Source of the DNA: Tubulanus polymorphus
Lineage: Eukaryota; Animalia; Nemertea
Reading direction: 5' to 3'
Length of the DNA: 64,000 nucleotides
Assembly (NCBI RefSeq): GCF_964204645.1
Contig: NC_134034.1
Coordinates: 4,233,814-4,297,813 of the forward strand
The position numbers and the translations under genes were made by a program. The notes below the pieces were generated by a model. It made no database searches. It was not told the DNA's origin and worked only from the letters and a program-made list of their open reading frames with translations. Shown here piece after piece: positions 50,791-62,568 of this stretch; the stretch's first letter is position 1, and each line of letters starts with the position of its first letter.

Positions 50791-51362
50791 AACTACTAGC
50801 TCAAGGAATACAGTATTCCTGAAGATATTAATAATTAGAATATAGTGGAAACGTTAAATAAACTACTAGCGCAAGGAATACAGTATATTCCTAAACGTAT
50901 ATTAGAATATAGTCGAAACGTCGAATAAACAACTAGTTCAAGGAATACAGTATTCCTGAAAATGTCTATAATTAGAATAAAGTCGAAACTACGAATATAC
51001 TACTAGCGCAGGGAATACAGTATTCCTAAAGATGTCTATAATTATAATAAAGTCGAAACTACGAATATACTACTAGCGCAGGGAATACAGTATTCCTAAA
51101 GATGTCTATAATTAGAATAAAGTCGAAACTACGAATATACTACTAGCGCAAGGAATACAGTATTCCTAATGATGTCTATAATTATAATATAGTCGAAACG
51201 TTGAATAAACTACTAGCACGAGGAATACAGTATTCCTGAAGATGTCTATAATTATAATATAGTCGAAACGTTGAATAAACTACTAGCACGAGGAATACAG
51301 TATTCCTGAAGATGTCTATTAATTAGAATATAGTCAAAACGTTGAATAAACTACCCAGCTCA
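50791..51362 (+). repeat. Tandem array of eight ~70-bp hammerhead-containing units
   Basis: TATTCCT starts at 50814, 50886, 50951, 51021, 51091, 51161, 51231 and 51301. Consensus: TATTC-CT(G/A)AAGA-T-GTCTATA-ATTA.AA-TATAGTC-GAAA-CGTT-GAATA-AACTACTAGC...AGGAATACAG. Confidence 0.95.
51231..51277 (+). ncRNA. Minimal type I hammerhead ribozyme (unit 7, the best-preserved unit)
   Basis: TATTC-CTGAAGA-T-GTCTATA-ATTATAA-TATAGTC-GAAA-CGTT-GAATA: stem I TATTC/GAATA, stem II 6 of 7 paired, intact core. Confidence 0.75.
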
Positions 51363-53854
51363 GATGTGTTCAGAAACCCGTGTAGTACGGTCGTTGTATT
51401 GTTTGTTCATTTCCTCGGGAAGCGCATTAAGACGCGCGCGCGATTCTATCAATTGATTGACGCGGCGTCGAGAATTCGCCATCTCTCTTACCGCCTAGAT
51501 TAACAAAACACAGTCGATATACTAAAGCGAATTATTCCCATGTCACTTTTTTCATCCGCGCCGACTTTCCCGGAATAATTAGAAGACAATACCTAGATTT
51601 AGACGTCGGAAGATTAAGCAGAATTCAACGCGCAAATTCTGCGTTCGTTAATTGTATATTTTGGATAAGCCGATTAGGCTAACAATGATAATATATCATA
51701 CGGTATACTAAAATAATACACCCTATATCCAGTCCAAAAGCCGGTATTTAGGCATTATCGTTGTTTGACCTAATTTTCATCCGGTAAATCCTCTAATCAT
51801 AATTGATTGCGGGATTTTCGAGTCGAAAGTGTGACGCGATATTGCCTGGAATCCGACAAAAATAATCAGTAAGAAATCGGAAATCTACATATTATTTATT
51901 AGGACAACCCCGATCGATATTTATACATATATCTTGAGAGAATTAAGAATAAGTACAACTAAAGCCGATTTCGCCTGATCTGGCCCTTCGATTATAAAAT
52001 GTGGCTATTAGTGCGTCCATTGCCCGCATTAGCGCTTCCCGTTTTACCGAGTCACGTGCTTCGGTGTTCATTGTCAATCGGACACTATCAATCAAGCGAT
52101 GTCGTTCGAATCTGTCGAAACTTTGATCGATGAGTTTCCTTTTTACACTTTCAGTCGTTGTCGTTATTTCGCGCGTGGGTGGCGCGATAGATTAGCCGCT
52201 GTTAACGATAATACAAGGACCCGAGGGCGCTTCTCTCGTTATCGTTCGTAATCGAGCTATTCCCTTCTGCTTCATACACAACTACGTTATCAGGCATCAT
52301 AGATTAGGACTAGAATCGGGCTTGGAGACACGCGACTGCCTTAAACACCGTCGGTTTAAGTGTTAGAAATCAAAATTTTATCTTCGAATGTCTGCTGCGC
52401 AGACTTGCACACCGCAGTAACATGAATTTGTGATCTCATTACGTCACTCATCCTCACTGCTCTTCGATCTACATCCTCACTTGCCGGGTTTTGATTGCAG
52501 CCCGCCAAAACCCTGGCCGCAAACCGTTTATTGGTCTATTACGTCGCCACGATATCTTGGTTGCACAGGTTCCCGCTCAGCACCTACCGGTCAATATATC
52601 TATCTAGCCAATCAGATGCGATTTTACCGGCACGTCGATTGCTCTTTAAATACCACACATCCTAGATATGACTATATATATGGGCTAGTTATGTAGACGG
52701 GTGGGCACTAAGGGGAACCTGTGCGCCCAAGAAATCACGGATGTTGTAATAAGCAAAAAAAACAGTTTTCGGCCAGGGTGTGTGGCAAGTGACGAGGCTC
52801 GATCTATTTCACAGGAGCTTCTTTCATCTCATAGTTTTCGACTCGAACAGTTCGGCGGCCATCTGGACCTCCCCATCACTCCGTTGAGAGACTAGTGCTG
52901 TCATTCGGGTGCGAACTTCAAACTTACCTGTTCAAATCAATATATGAAGGGCGACATACGAATTGAATTATCATATATCATCATTTTTATCATAAATTGT
53001 CTTTGTGTGTCAATAAATCGAAGGGTAGGCGAATACTCTCCTAATTTGAAACGTACGTCTCGATCGTACGATTAAATAGTAACAGATTTATACGTACAGC
53101 AGCTGAGTTCTTACTCGGTCGAGACTCACATTTTACCCCGAGTTGTGGTAATAGTTCGTTTTTTAATGCATTAGGGATTCAATTTCCTTTTCGGTTATAC
53201 CAGGTCAGGAATGTTGAAATTCTGACTAGTTTGCGACGTTATCTAGTTTATACTGTTTCGAGGAACAGAACCGTCACTCAGTAGGCCTGCGTATACGTAC
53301 GCCACGTCGCGAATAAATATATGATTTAGGTTTGAAAAAAGTGTTTATTTTGGGGCCACGGGCAAATACATAGCATCGACTTCGCCAGCGTACAACCACG
53401 AAAAGATGCCATAAGAGTCACTATTCAAACAACAGTTTGTTTGAATGACGTTTGGAGATTTGGTGCCTGTTTGCGTTAGACAGCAGCTATTTTCCCATTG
53501 CTCGAGTTTCACCCGAGAGACAAGACCACTTGCTCATACGTGAGATTTGCTTCATTGGTAAACTTGAGAATCTTAAAAATACCTAGCTCCCGGGGTTGAA
53601 GATAAGACCGCTTCTCGGTATTTCTGGATCAATAAACCAATATACAGTTGCTAGCCGCCATTTTGTTAAGGTACTTTTGTCCTGTGTTGTTGGACCATTT
53701 TTTCTCCTTTTTAGAAACTATTTGTGATGTATGGCAATTTACGCGTTTTCTATATTATATCACGTATCTATAATAATAAGCGGAATGAAATTAAATCCAT
53801 GTGAATTCACGGGTTTGACCTCGTATAGCAGTCACTTTTTCGATGGTTTACCGG

Positions 53855-54100
53855 CGGCAAGCGAGGATTCAGCGATGATCCGCCAGGTGGAACTGCGGGT
53901 TACAGCGTTTCAATTTCTTTCTACATTTTCAAGTAAATGAGAATCGACTGTCTTAATTATTAAATCCATTTTCAGTGAAATCTATACCGTACGCCCAGTG
54001 AATCTTTTATCTATCCGATGACTAATTTGATAATGTTCGGATTTGGCAGCCTAAAAATCTAATTCAAATTTAAATGAAAATCTACTGATTTCCACTACGA
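53855..54100 (+). mobile_element. Family A fragment
   Basis: GATCCGCCAGGTGG..TTTCAATTTCTTTCTACATTT..TTCGGATTTGGCAGCCTAAAAATC. Confidence 0.7.
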
Positions 54101-54660
54101 ATGATGCAGTGTTTTGTTGCGTCATCCGGTGTGACGCCAATAATTCCATGTACTGCTCATCAATCCAGAATTGCGTTTGAATACTGGCGGTAGCAGGAAC
54201 TCAGGTAGCAGTGTTTCAAGTACTCGTGTTCTAGGGTTGATGGTTTCAATGCTTGTAGCAGCAAAACGGCAGTCATCGTGTTCCGGGGATGATTGACCGT
54301 TCCATAATCTTGGTTCGTCGCTGATATCTCGCTAAAACAACAGATCGCCACGACTAAGACACTAAAAACAACTAAAAGCTCTTATTTCGTAGATCGGAAC
54401 AGCCTCGAGTGGGGTGACACTTACGGAACAGTGGGCAAATCGTCGATTAATACGACGCTCCCGATAAGTCTTCGGTAGAGAGTCTTATGTTTTGAATAAC
54501 CTTAACGAGACAAAAACTACAATGACAAATATGAAATACAAGTCTACTGTACGTATGCGCGATCGATGATTTTACTCTAATGAGGAAATAGTAAAGATCC
54601 ACCAGCTGGCGATAGCGTGCATTAGATCGTCCAATTTGCAAAATTCACTAACAAGGCTAA

Positions 54661-54868
54661 TAGATGTATATAGACCCCTCCAATAATTAGTACAATATAA
54701 ATAGTGTATGTATATATCGTAAATAGTTTAATAACTTAATAACTATGTTATTTCATTAAGTTTATATTTTCTGTTAATTGTAAATATTGTATACTTTGTA
54801 TAAGTCTCCCACGATGTACCATAGGAATAGTTGGAGTGCAAATAAAATCCTAATCCTAATCCTAATCA
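54661..54868 (+). mobile_element. 3' end of a non-LTR retrotransposon with (ATCCTA)n tail
   Basis: ATGTACCATAGGAATAGTTGGAGTGCAAATAAAATCCTAATCCTAATCC. The upstream TAGATGTATATAGA.CCCTCCA also occurs at ~57268. Confidence 0.6.
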
Positions 54869-55519
54869 TCGATGATGCAATGCAAGGATTAAATCGAAAT
54901 CCAAGTATAAGTATTATTATCCCTAATCGAATCAATTAAACAAACGTCAAAAAATAGAATTTTTGCCTGAAATGATCGCACACTTTCATCAATCTTTGTT
55001 TATCTGGAGACGAGGTTTTTTTCATTAATTTTCGAACGTAGATGGAATTAATGCTATATGAGATTTAATCGAAAATGAATTAAGTTTTGATCAGATTTTG
55101 AATAGGAAACTATCTGGCGGAATAGTCGGAAGCAGTTGGTTGACAAATGATAACGCGATTAACGACTAATCGAGTACTTAGTCATCTCGCTGATAACAAC
55201 TAAAAATCATCACAGCGCCAAGCGGATAAATTGTTCAATTCAATCGCGATACGTCATTCTAATTCAAGAAAAAATGTCAACATTTAGAATCAACATCGTT
55301 AGAAGCGTCCCGAATCGTTCCTCTAACAAACGATGAGCAATGAAACTAAAATAATCCGTGGACAGGAATCTGTGTTAGATAGAACCCACATGGAACGGGC
55401 CCCGGTGTCGGATTTATCCCGCATCTGCGGAACTGGGTCCAGAAGCTAGATGAAAGTGACTGCGGAATACTATCCGCAAGTCAAAGTGAACCTAACGTGA
55501 AGGGTTTCGAATCAAAATA

Positions 55520-55690
55520 CAGTGGAACCTCGTTACAACGAACTCGGATACAACGATTCAGCGGATATAACAAAGAGGAAATTTCGTCCCACGTAAGACT
55601 ATTTCATGAACTTCACACAGGATATAACGAACTATCGGTTATAACGAACAGATTTTCTGGTGCCGTGAATAAGTTCGCTGTATCGAAACA
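55520..55690 (+). mobile_element. Tc1/mariner (pogo/Tigger-like) MITE
   Basis: Left end TA|CAGTGGAACCTCGTTACAACGAAC, repeated GGATA(T/C)AACGA motifs, and a decayed right TIR GTTCGCTGTATCGA. Confidence 0.75.
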
Positions 55691-57374
55691 CACAATATTG
55701 TGGACTGCGCTTTGCGTAAAATTAGATCCCGAAACTGTGTAACTGGGTCGTGATTCAAAATCTCTAACAACCGTGGAACTGAAACTTAGAGCCAAATAAA
55801 ATGCCGAGAATAAAAAGCCGAGCTAAACAGCAATGGGGTACAGGCAACGCTACTGTGGCACGTGGAATTCCACCGTAATCCGCCAGGTGTCGCTTGTGTA
55901 CAATACGACATCGACGTTGGATTTCTACTCAAACTCAATTGAAATCTAATCATAATTTCTCAAATTCTATGCATGATACATGAAAATCGTGGCACTCTTA
56001 ACACTAATCGGGGTTTATTTCGACGCGTGATTTGCCCGTTACTTTCGTCGGCAACGTTATTGTCGTTACTTGAAAATGAACTTATTTTGATCAAGTACGT
56101 CTGATATCTCAGTGGCGCCGTCTGACGGGGTAGCCTGTGTGCCGGTTCCCCATTGGCAATGTGCGTGCTGATATGAACATGTTTACGTCGATGTTTAGGT
56201 TAATTTGTATTATGCATTTTATACAAATTCTTAGATGGATAACATCTCAACTCACTGATTGCCCTGTGGGTATTCATAAAACTCGGTAGCTGGTGCAGAT
56301 GATCAAGTTTCGTCGACACCCATCAGTAAAGAACCGAACTACAACAACAACAGTCTAGTGTCTGCTGGTCAATTTAGTCGAACGACGTATATCTATTAAG
56401 GGAGGGGCAAGATCACTTACCGATCCATACTGCAGTAATCATTAGATGAGTAGGCTAGACTTTTAAGAGCACCATCGCGGTAATAGGGGAGATGCGCCGC
56501 GGTTCGAGCATTAGCGGCAACATTTGTCGTATCGTTATTTGTCGTCGTTGAATGTCTTCGGTAGTTATGAATATTGAAAAGAAAAAAGATATTTTTATGC
56601 CCTTAGGTTAGCAGGGCGACTTTTACATCTAGGTTCAGCCATACGTATATTTTTTTCTGTTTTGGTGATTTTGTGGGTTCCATCTGTGCTAAAGCGAACA
56701 TTCAGCAGATATCAATGTGTATAAGACATCGATAATTTCATCCTTTAATGTTCGCAAATCTAATGAACTACTGTTGATAAACCAGTGCTACATGCGCAAG
56801 CGTGTTCGCCCGTTCTGCAAATATTCCTCGCTCTTGCAGCTAATAGGATTAATACGTTTATCGCCTAAAAGATTTTTTTTTGACGTACGCAAAAAACGTC
56901 GTCAATCCGATTTCCACGCGAGTACTGTAGAGTAATTCGTTTTCGAGCAGTAATTCGATTTTCGAAAAGTCCGATGAACTAACGCACGATGAATTAGATC
57001 CCCGAATTAAGACACATTGATATCAGCGCACACCGCCAGATGGCGCGACTTACAATCGGCGTACCTGTGAACAGATTTTCAAACCTTCATTTAGAAACCT
57101 TCATTATGCCCCACTTGTAATACTTAAGGTGATGAATCCCATTTTCTGTTTGACTGTACCTTACTTAACGAACAACGCAAAAACTATTTGAATTTGAATA
57201 CCTATAATTCCCTTGACATTCTGAAAAATCCAACGGTCCAATTAGCTAAATTCATTTAGACTGGCTTAGATGTATATAGATCCCTCCACTAGTATATGTA
57301 GTACTGTAAATAGTTGATTTAATATATATATATTGTTGTTTGTCAATATTGGATTGTTTTCTAAATTAGTTTCT

Positions 57375-57625
57375 AGTGTGGAACAAAGTTATCCCACCAG
57401 ATGGCGTGACTGAGTCGAAAAATTATTGAAATCCCTTCGTTGTCAATCGACTTTTGGTTTCTAGGCTCCCGAATTCATCTGTACAATATCATAGGACCAA
57501 CCAATTATGCTATATTCAAATTATATTTTCCAAAAAGTGACTTGTATTGATAAAAATTCATTCGATCTTAACTGAAATGTAGAAGCAATTGAAAGCGGAA
57601 GACAACAAGACTTCTAATGGACCTA
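57375..57625 (-). mobile_element. Family A element
   Basis: TTATCCCACCAGATGGCGTGAC (57389-57410) and TGAAATGTAGAAGCAATTGAAAGCGG. Confidence 0.65.
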
Positions 57626-57788
57626 GCTTTACACCAGTCGATTTATCGAACGATTACTATCCGTAGCGTCGGCAGTTCTCCGTCGGATTATTGTTTTGTT
57701 TGAGCCATCTATATACTTATCCTTAAAGCATGTAAGAACATCCTGGAATCCACGCGATTGCCGCGGTGGCTTCGCTCCGTTTTACCAG

Positions 57789-58013
57789 CAGAGAACTATA
57801 CACGTACGGGAAGTCCGACTCGTCAAACATCCTCTAGGCACTGCTAGTATTTTTGTGTTTTGTTCAACGTCCTCGCCGGAGGCGATAAACAATATTTCCA
57901 AGAACTTATTGTTTATCGCCACCGGTGAGGGCGCTGGTCAATTTCGAAGATAGCTAAGGCAAATGTATAGTGACGTCACGGAGTTGGCCTTCCCTTTCAC
58001 TTATAGTTCTATG
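57789..58013 (-). mobile_element. Family B MITE, short variant
   Basis: Reverse complement of the 15361-15713 ends; the inner inverted repeat is separated by only ~17 bp. Confidence 0.85.
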
Positions 58014-58874
58014 GTTTTTACATTTCGTTTTGTCGTTGGCTCCCTCTGTATATCGATATCTGCCTCGTGGATTATAGTTGATCCCGAAGCTTTTAATAGT
58101 TGACATCAAAGCGAAAATGGTTTGTCCGTGATGAAAGACGTCAGTTTTAGATTCTATTAAACATCACGCTACATATAAACCCCTCTATTCTAAAGAGCTC
58201 TTGTACAAGATTCTAATTTGCTTTCAGCATTTGAAGTGCAGAGACAGACAATACGTCACGCAAAGCCTTGGCGTGTTTGTCCTCCGTGTCCGCGAACTGT
58301 GATGGACTGGTTTGCGCCAACAACGCTATTCAAATAATGACCGTTCGTGGACGGGTTACCGCGCAGAAAAGTATGAGGTGTATATTTAAACACAGGTACT
58401 CGACCGGATATCTATTATACATAATATCATTTCGGATATTCACCCGAAGTACCCCGTTCTATGCGACTCTAGGTATAGTTCAAGGTCGCGTTAAGAAGAA
58501 TTTTACCCGAATTTGGTTCATTTTCTATGATTCATTAAAACCGTGCTTAATTCTCGAACAGCGATGAATGGGTCAAATATACACGGTATCCGACTTCGAC
58601 GTTTTTCGATTTTACAGAGATTATCTACGGTATTTCGCAAGTGCTTTATGAATCTACGCCAATAACTGTGGATAGCCGTGTATGTAATCTATAGAAAGAC
58701 TCCCGTAGACAGAATTATTTTCACCGTAGCTACTGATCTAAAAGATGGACAAAAGACGAGTTAGATAAATCATTTTTACAGTTGCTAGCTGCCATTTTGT
58801 TAGGGTTTTCTCTGTGTACTTTTGCGCCAATGTCTGAAGACTTGGCAGAACTGACCACAACGATTCTGTCAAAC

Positions 58875-59064
58875 ACCCTCAACCCGCTGAGCGCCACGCA
58901 GGGCATTATAAACGGGTTCGATGTTTCTTTTTCCCAATGGAGGAGAGATCAGAGAAGAACCTTCGACCAAGAAATTCTGTCGCCACCCGGGTTTGAACCA
59001 TAAACCCTGGATTGACGAGACCAGTGACCGGCGGTTTAAACCACTCGGCCACTGCGCCACTCTG
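58875..59064 (-). mobile_element. tRNA-derived SINE-like insertion with 14-bp TSD
   Basis: Flanked by CGATTCTGTCAAAC (58861-58874, 59065-59078). The minus strand has A box TGGCCGAGTGG and B box GGTTCAAACCC. Confidence 0.85.
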
Positions 59065-60638
59065 CGATTCTGTCAAACTTGGATCTGCATTTCAGAAAAC
59101 GCGTTCGGAAGACACCGATATCGTTAGTTCGTGGCTTCGCTCTATTCGATTTGATGGTTTTAGAACACGACGGTCCCTCGGCTACTTTAGGGCGTACACG
59201 GAGATGTCAGTATGATTTTGACAAAGTATACACTCGTCATCAGTGTTGTTTAATGCGGCCGTAGAGACACTTAAAGTTTCTGAAAATATTTGATGTATCG
59301 CGCGCGGCTCTCAGCCTGCGCTCGACGTTTCCACGTTTCGGCAGCCACGCGTGTAGGATTTCCGAGTTAGTATTCAGCGCTCGGCGCGAGTTAACGAGAT
59401 TCTGAAAATACGCGACTGAACTTAGAACGAGAGGGGCGTATAAAAAGAACTGCCGTTAATTACCGCGTCAGCTAAAAAGAAATGAAACAGGATTGATCAT
59501 ATGAATGGCCGATTAACACCGCGAATTTCGCGTTTGACGAACAGGATATCTGGAAGAAGCGGTTCTTGTAAGGACAGTTCGACTCCCATGTTTGTTGTGT
59601 TTTCACTTTTTATCAAGTGAGGCACGCGGGCCGGAAAACCGTTGTAAAGTGCCTCTTACGTGGCCAGATGAATAGATAATAAATGAATTTCTAGAACTTG
59701 ACATCGAGATAGAATGTATTTCGGTATTTTGAACGGTTAGAGAAAGTAAAGATAATATATGGAGGATTCATTGTTAACCCATTAGCACTCAAGGAATTTT
59801 GCTAGTGTCAATTACTCCTCAGAAAATTCAAGCGAAAATGTATGACGATACCGGTTTATTTTCATATTAGAAGTTCGTGTTATTTTGTAGTAAAAAGTCA
59901 GGCTTTCAGATAGTTTAATATTTGATGAGGTAGCGACCAAGATCATGTCCTTTTGGCCCACCGAAATTCATCCAAACTTACTTGGATTTGAAGTGAGCGC
60001 TCAGGTCTAGCATGTTCATACTCTGAATACTCGAGAAATTGAAAGAGGAGGATGTTGATTTCTGTTCGGTATTCCAAGGGCAGATCTAGGATTCATTTAA
60101 TTCGGTTGGCGTCGTCACGCCTCAGGTGACAGCTAAAACAAAGAGACTGGGGCGTGGTCACGTCTCAAGTGACGGTTCCTATTACCCCCGATAGATGGCA
60201 AACTAGTCGAGTCTGGCTGCTTACACTGAGTCAGCATGCTCTATAGAGAGCTCACAAGCGATTGTATATACTCTACACACACAGGCAGTATGTACTGGTT
60301 GTCGGCGACTTTTTTTTGTTGCGTGACCTCAACTTGACCTCAGGTTTTGGGGGGTCCTACCTTGCACCCGTAGGTCCAAACTTTTTATAACTAACATTTT
60401 CTGGTAGAGATACCTATTAGCTTCATAACAGATATTGGTTTTAGGAGGGTCTCTACACTGGAAATGTATCGACCTTTACATTGAAATATGAAGAAAAAAT
60501 TAATTCCCCCAGATTGAATGGATAATGAAGAAATATATCCCCCGCGAATGAGTTAAAACTTTTGAAGAATCAGGAAAATGACGGAATTTGAGCGATGGTT
60601 TCGGTAAAAGTTATGATAATATGCTGGAGACATAGCCC

Positions 60639-60809
<171 letters not shown>

Positions 60810-61172
60810 GCCGTTAGCTGTATATATTGCTCGAATATATTACCTAAAAGTAACCCCCTTATCGGATTACACGTGGACGATTCGTGGTTTCCATGTAAAC
60901 ATAATATCCGAGTGTGTTAAGAATATCATTTCGTTACTACGACTTCGCTCTGTCTTTTGATTCATACAACAGTGTTTGAAGTATCAAACTGCCGCGCGCT
61001 ATTGATGTTCTGATTTATAACTACAAGCGTATCGAATGCTATAGCTGTACTCATAAACGTACCGCTGTTCGTGATGATGTTAAGATGACGAAAACCTGGA
61101 AGGAAATCCATGAGATAATGGCTTGCCGGTGGCGTACCAGTCATCCCTGTTAAGGCTACGCTAAGTAAATTC
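60810..61172 (-). pseudogene. Possible decayed class A GPCR fragment (TM2-TM3-ECL2-like)
   Basis: NLLSVALTGM (TM2-like), FRHLNIITNSGTFMSTAIAFDTLVVI (TM3-like, DRY replaced by DTL), then in-frame stops and [13 protein letters not shown]. Confidence 0.3.
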
Positions 61173-61292
61173 GTTAAGTTCATTCATAATCAAATATGAA
61201 CTGGATTTTTAGATCCCTGACTCCAAATATCGTCATACCGGCCTCCAAGAAATAAGTTAGAGTGTGAGAACGATTGATTCGATTTTAATTAG

Positions 61293-61512
61293 ATACCGGC
61301 ACCGCTACTGTGGCAATCGAAGATTTCACGTATGGCAGGCGAGGATCCGCCAGGTTCGCTAGTGGTAACTCGGTTACCGCGCTTCTTCTTCTTCTGCATT
61401 GCAATCAAATTCGAGTCAACTTTTCTCCTTAGTAAATCAATTTTTGATAAAACTATACCATACACTTACATCCAGTTTAAAGTTCATTGATAATGAACTA
61501 ATTTTCACTACA
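61293..61512 (+). mobile_element. Family A element; further minus-strand fragments at ~61175-61290 and ~61586-61645
   Basis: ATACCGGCACCGCTACTGTGGCAATCGAAGATTTCACGTATGGCAGGCGAGGATCCGCCAGGTTCGCTAGTGG. Confidence 0.8.
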
Positions 61513-62249
61513 TATATTAACTGAGTGTATTGTAGAGTCTTCTCTGGTTTATGCCGATACACAATAGGTATTCAGATACGAGAGACTACTAGCGCACCTG
61601 GCGGATCCTCGCACACGCTACTAGTGGAATCCCGCGTAGACTGTGGAGAAGCTTTCGATTCTCCGTAATGGGCAAACGGGCTGAACGCATAACGAACCGA
61701 ACATTTCCCCTCTACCTGAAACCATTTCCGAAGTAATGTTTCGACATCTGGGTATCGATTGTCTTTCGTCGTTCGGATGATTTATTTTTCCGGCTTTTAG
61801 TGACCACCGGAAATAACACGAACCGATCGCTCACACGTATACGTGATGAAGTTGTTTACTGTATTTTTTACTGTAATTTTTCCAACCAACACCTTCGCAC
61901 TTCCGCGCAGGCTGTTAATTAGTTCTTCTTCCGTCGAGACTTTCGCAAAACAAAACAAAAAACGCTAGTACACAACAATTAACCTTCAAGCAGGTGTCAA
62001 TACGCAGCTGTCCGACGCTCGCCATCGTAACCTAATGTATTGACGGCCAGTTTTTGGATATCTTGCTCAAATTCGAAATTTGTGTGTGAGTTTCTTTTCC
62101 ATTGGTAGTAGGCGTGAAATCCCGAATGCACCGTGGGCGATCATATAAAAGTTCAAACTATCACTAACTATCATATAATAACAAAAATACATGTATTGTT
62201 GATAATAGTTACAGGGCATCTCCCCTCATGGTACAGCCCCGGTTAGGAG

Positions 62250-62568
62250 ATGTAACACCAGATAACACACTAGATGTTGTGACGAGCAAAAGGTTCTCAA
62301 ATTAGTTCATTTTTAATGAACTTTGAAGTGGATTTAGACTCCCCTATCTATATGTGACAACACCATACACCACACGTACAAAACCTTCATTCCTCTACTC
62401 GGATAATCTGTTTAGTAACTTTGAATAATTGATTCATTTATGAGAAACAATCTTTCAGTTTTAATTGAAATTTGACGCGGAAGACCAACTCTCTACTAGC
62501 GACTCCTGGCGGTTCCTCGCCTGCCATACGCGGGATCAACCGCAGAAGTGGTGCGGATACCCCATTAT
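62250..62568 (-). mobile_element. Family A element
   Basis: CCTGGCGGTTCCTCGCCTGCCATACG...GATACCCCATTA at one end; GTTCATTTTTAATGAACTTTGAA and CACTAGATGTTGTGACGAG at the other. Confidence 0.75.

Noticed and set aside
50791-51362. CRISPR array
   Set aside because: Whole units repeat with no unique spacers, there are no cas genes, and the context is eukaryotic.
54847-54868. Interstitial telomeric repeat
   Set aside because: The unit is ATCCTA, not TTAGGG or TTAGG, and it follows AATAAA at a retroelement 3' end.
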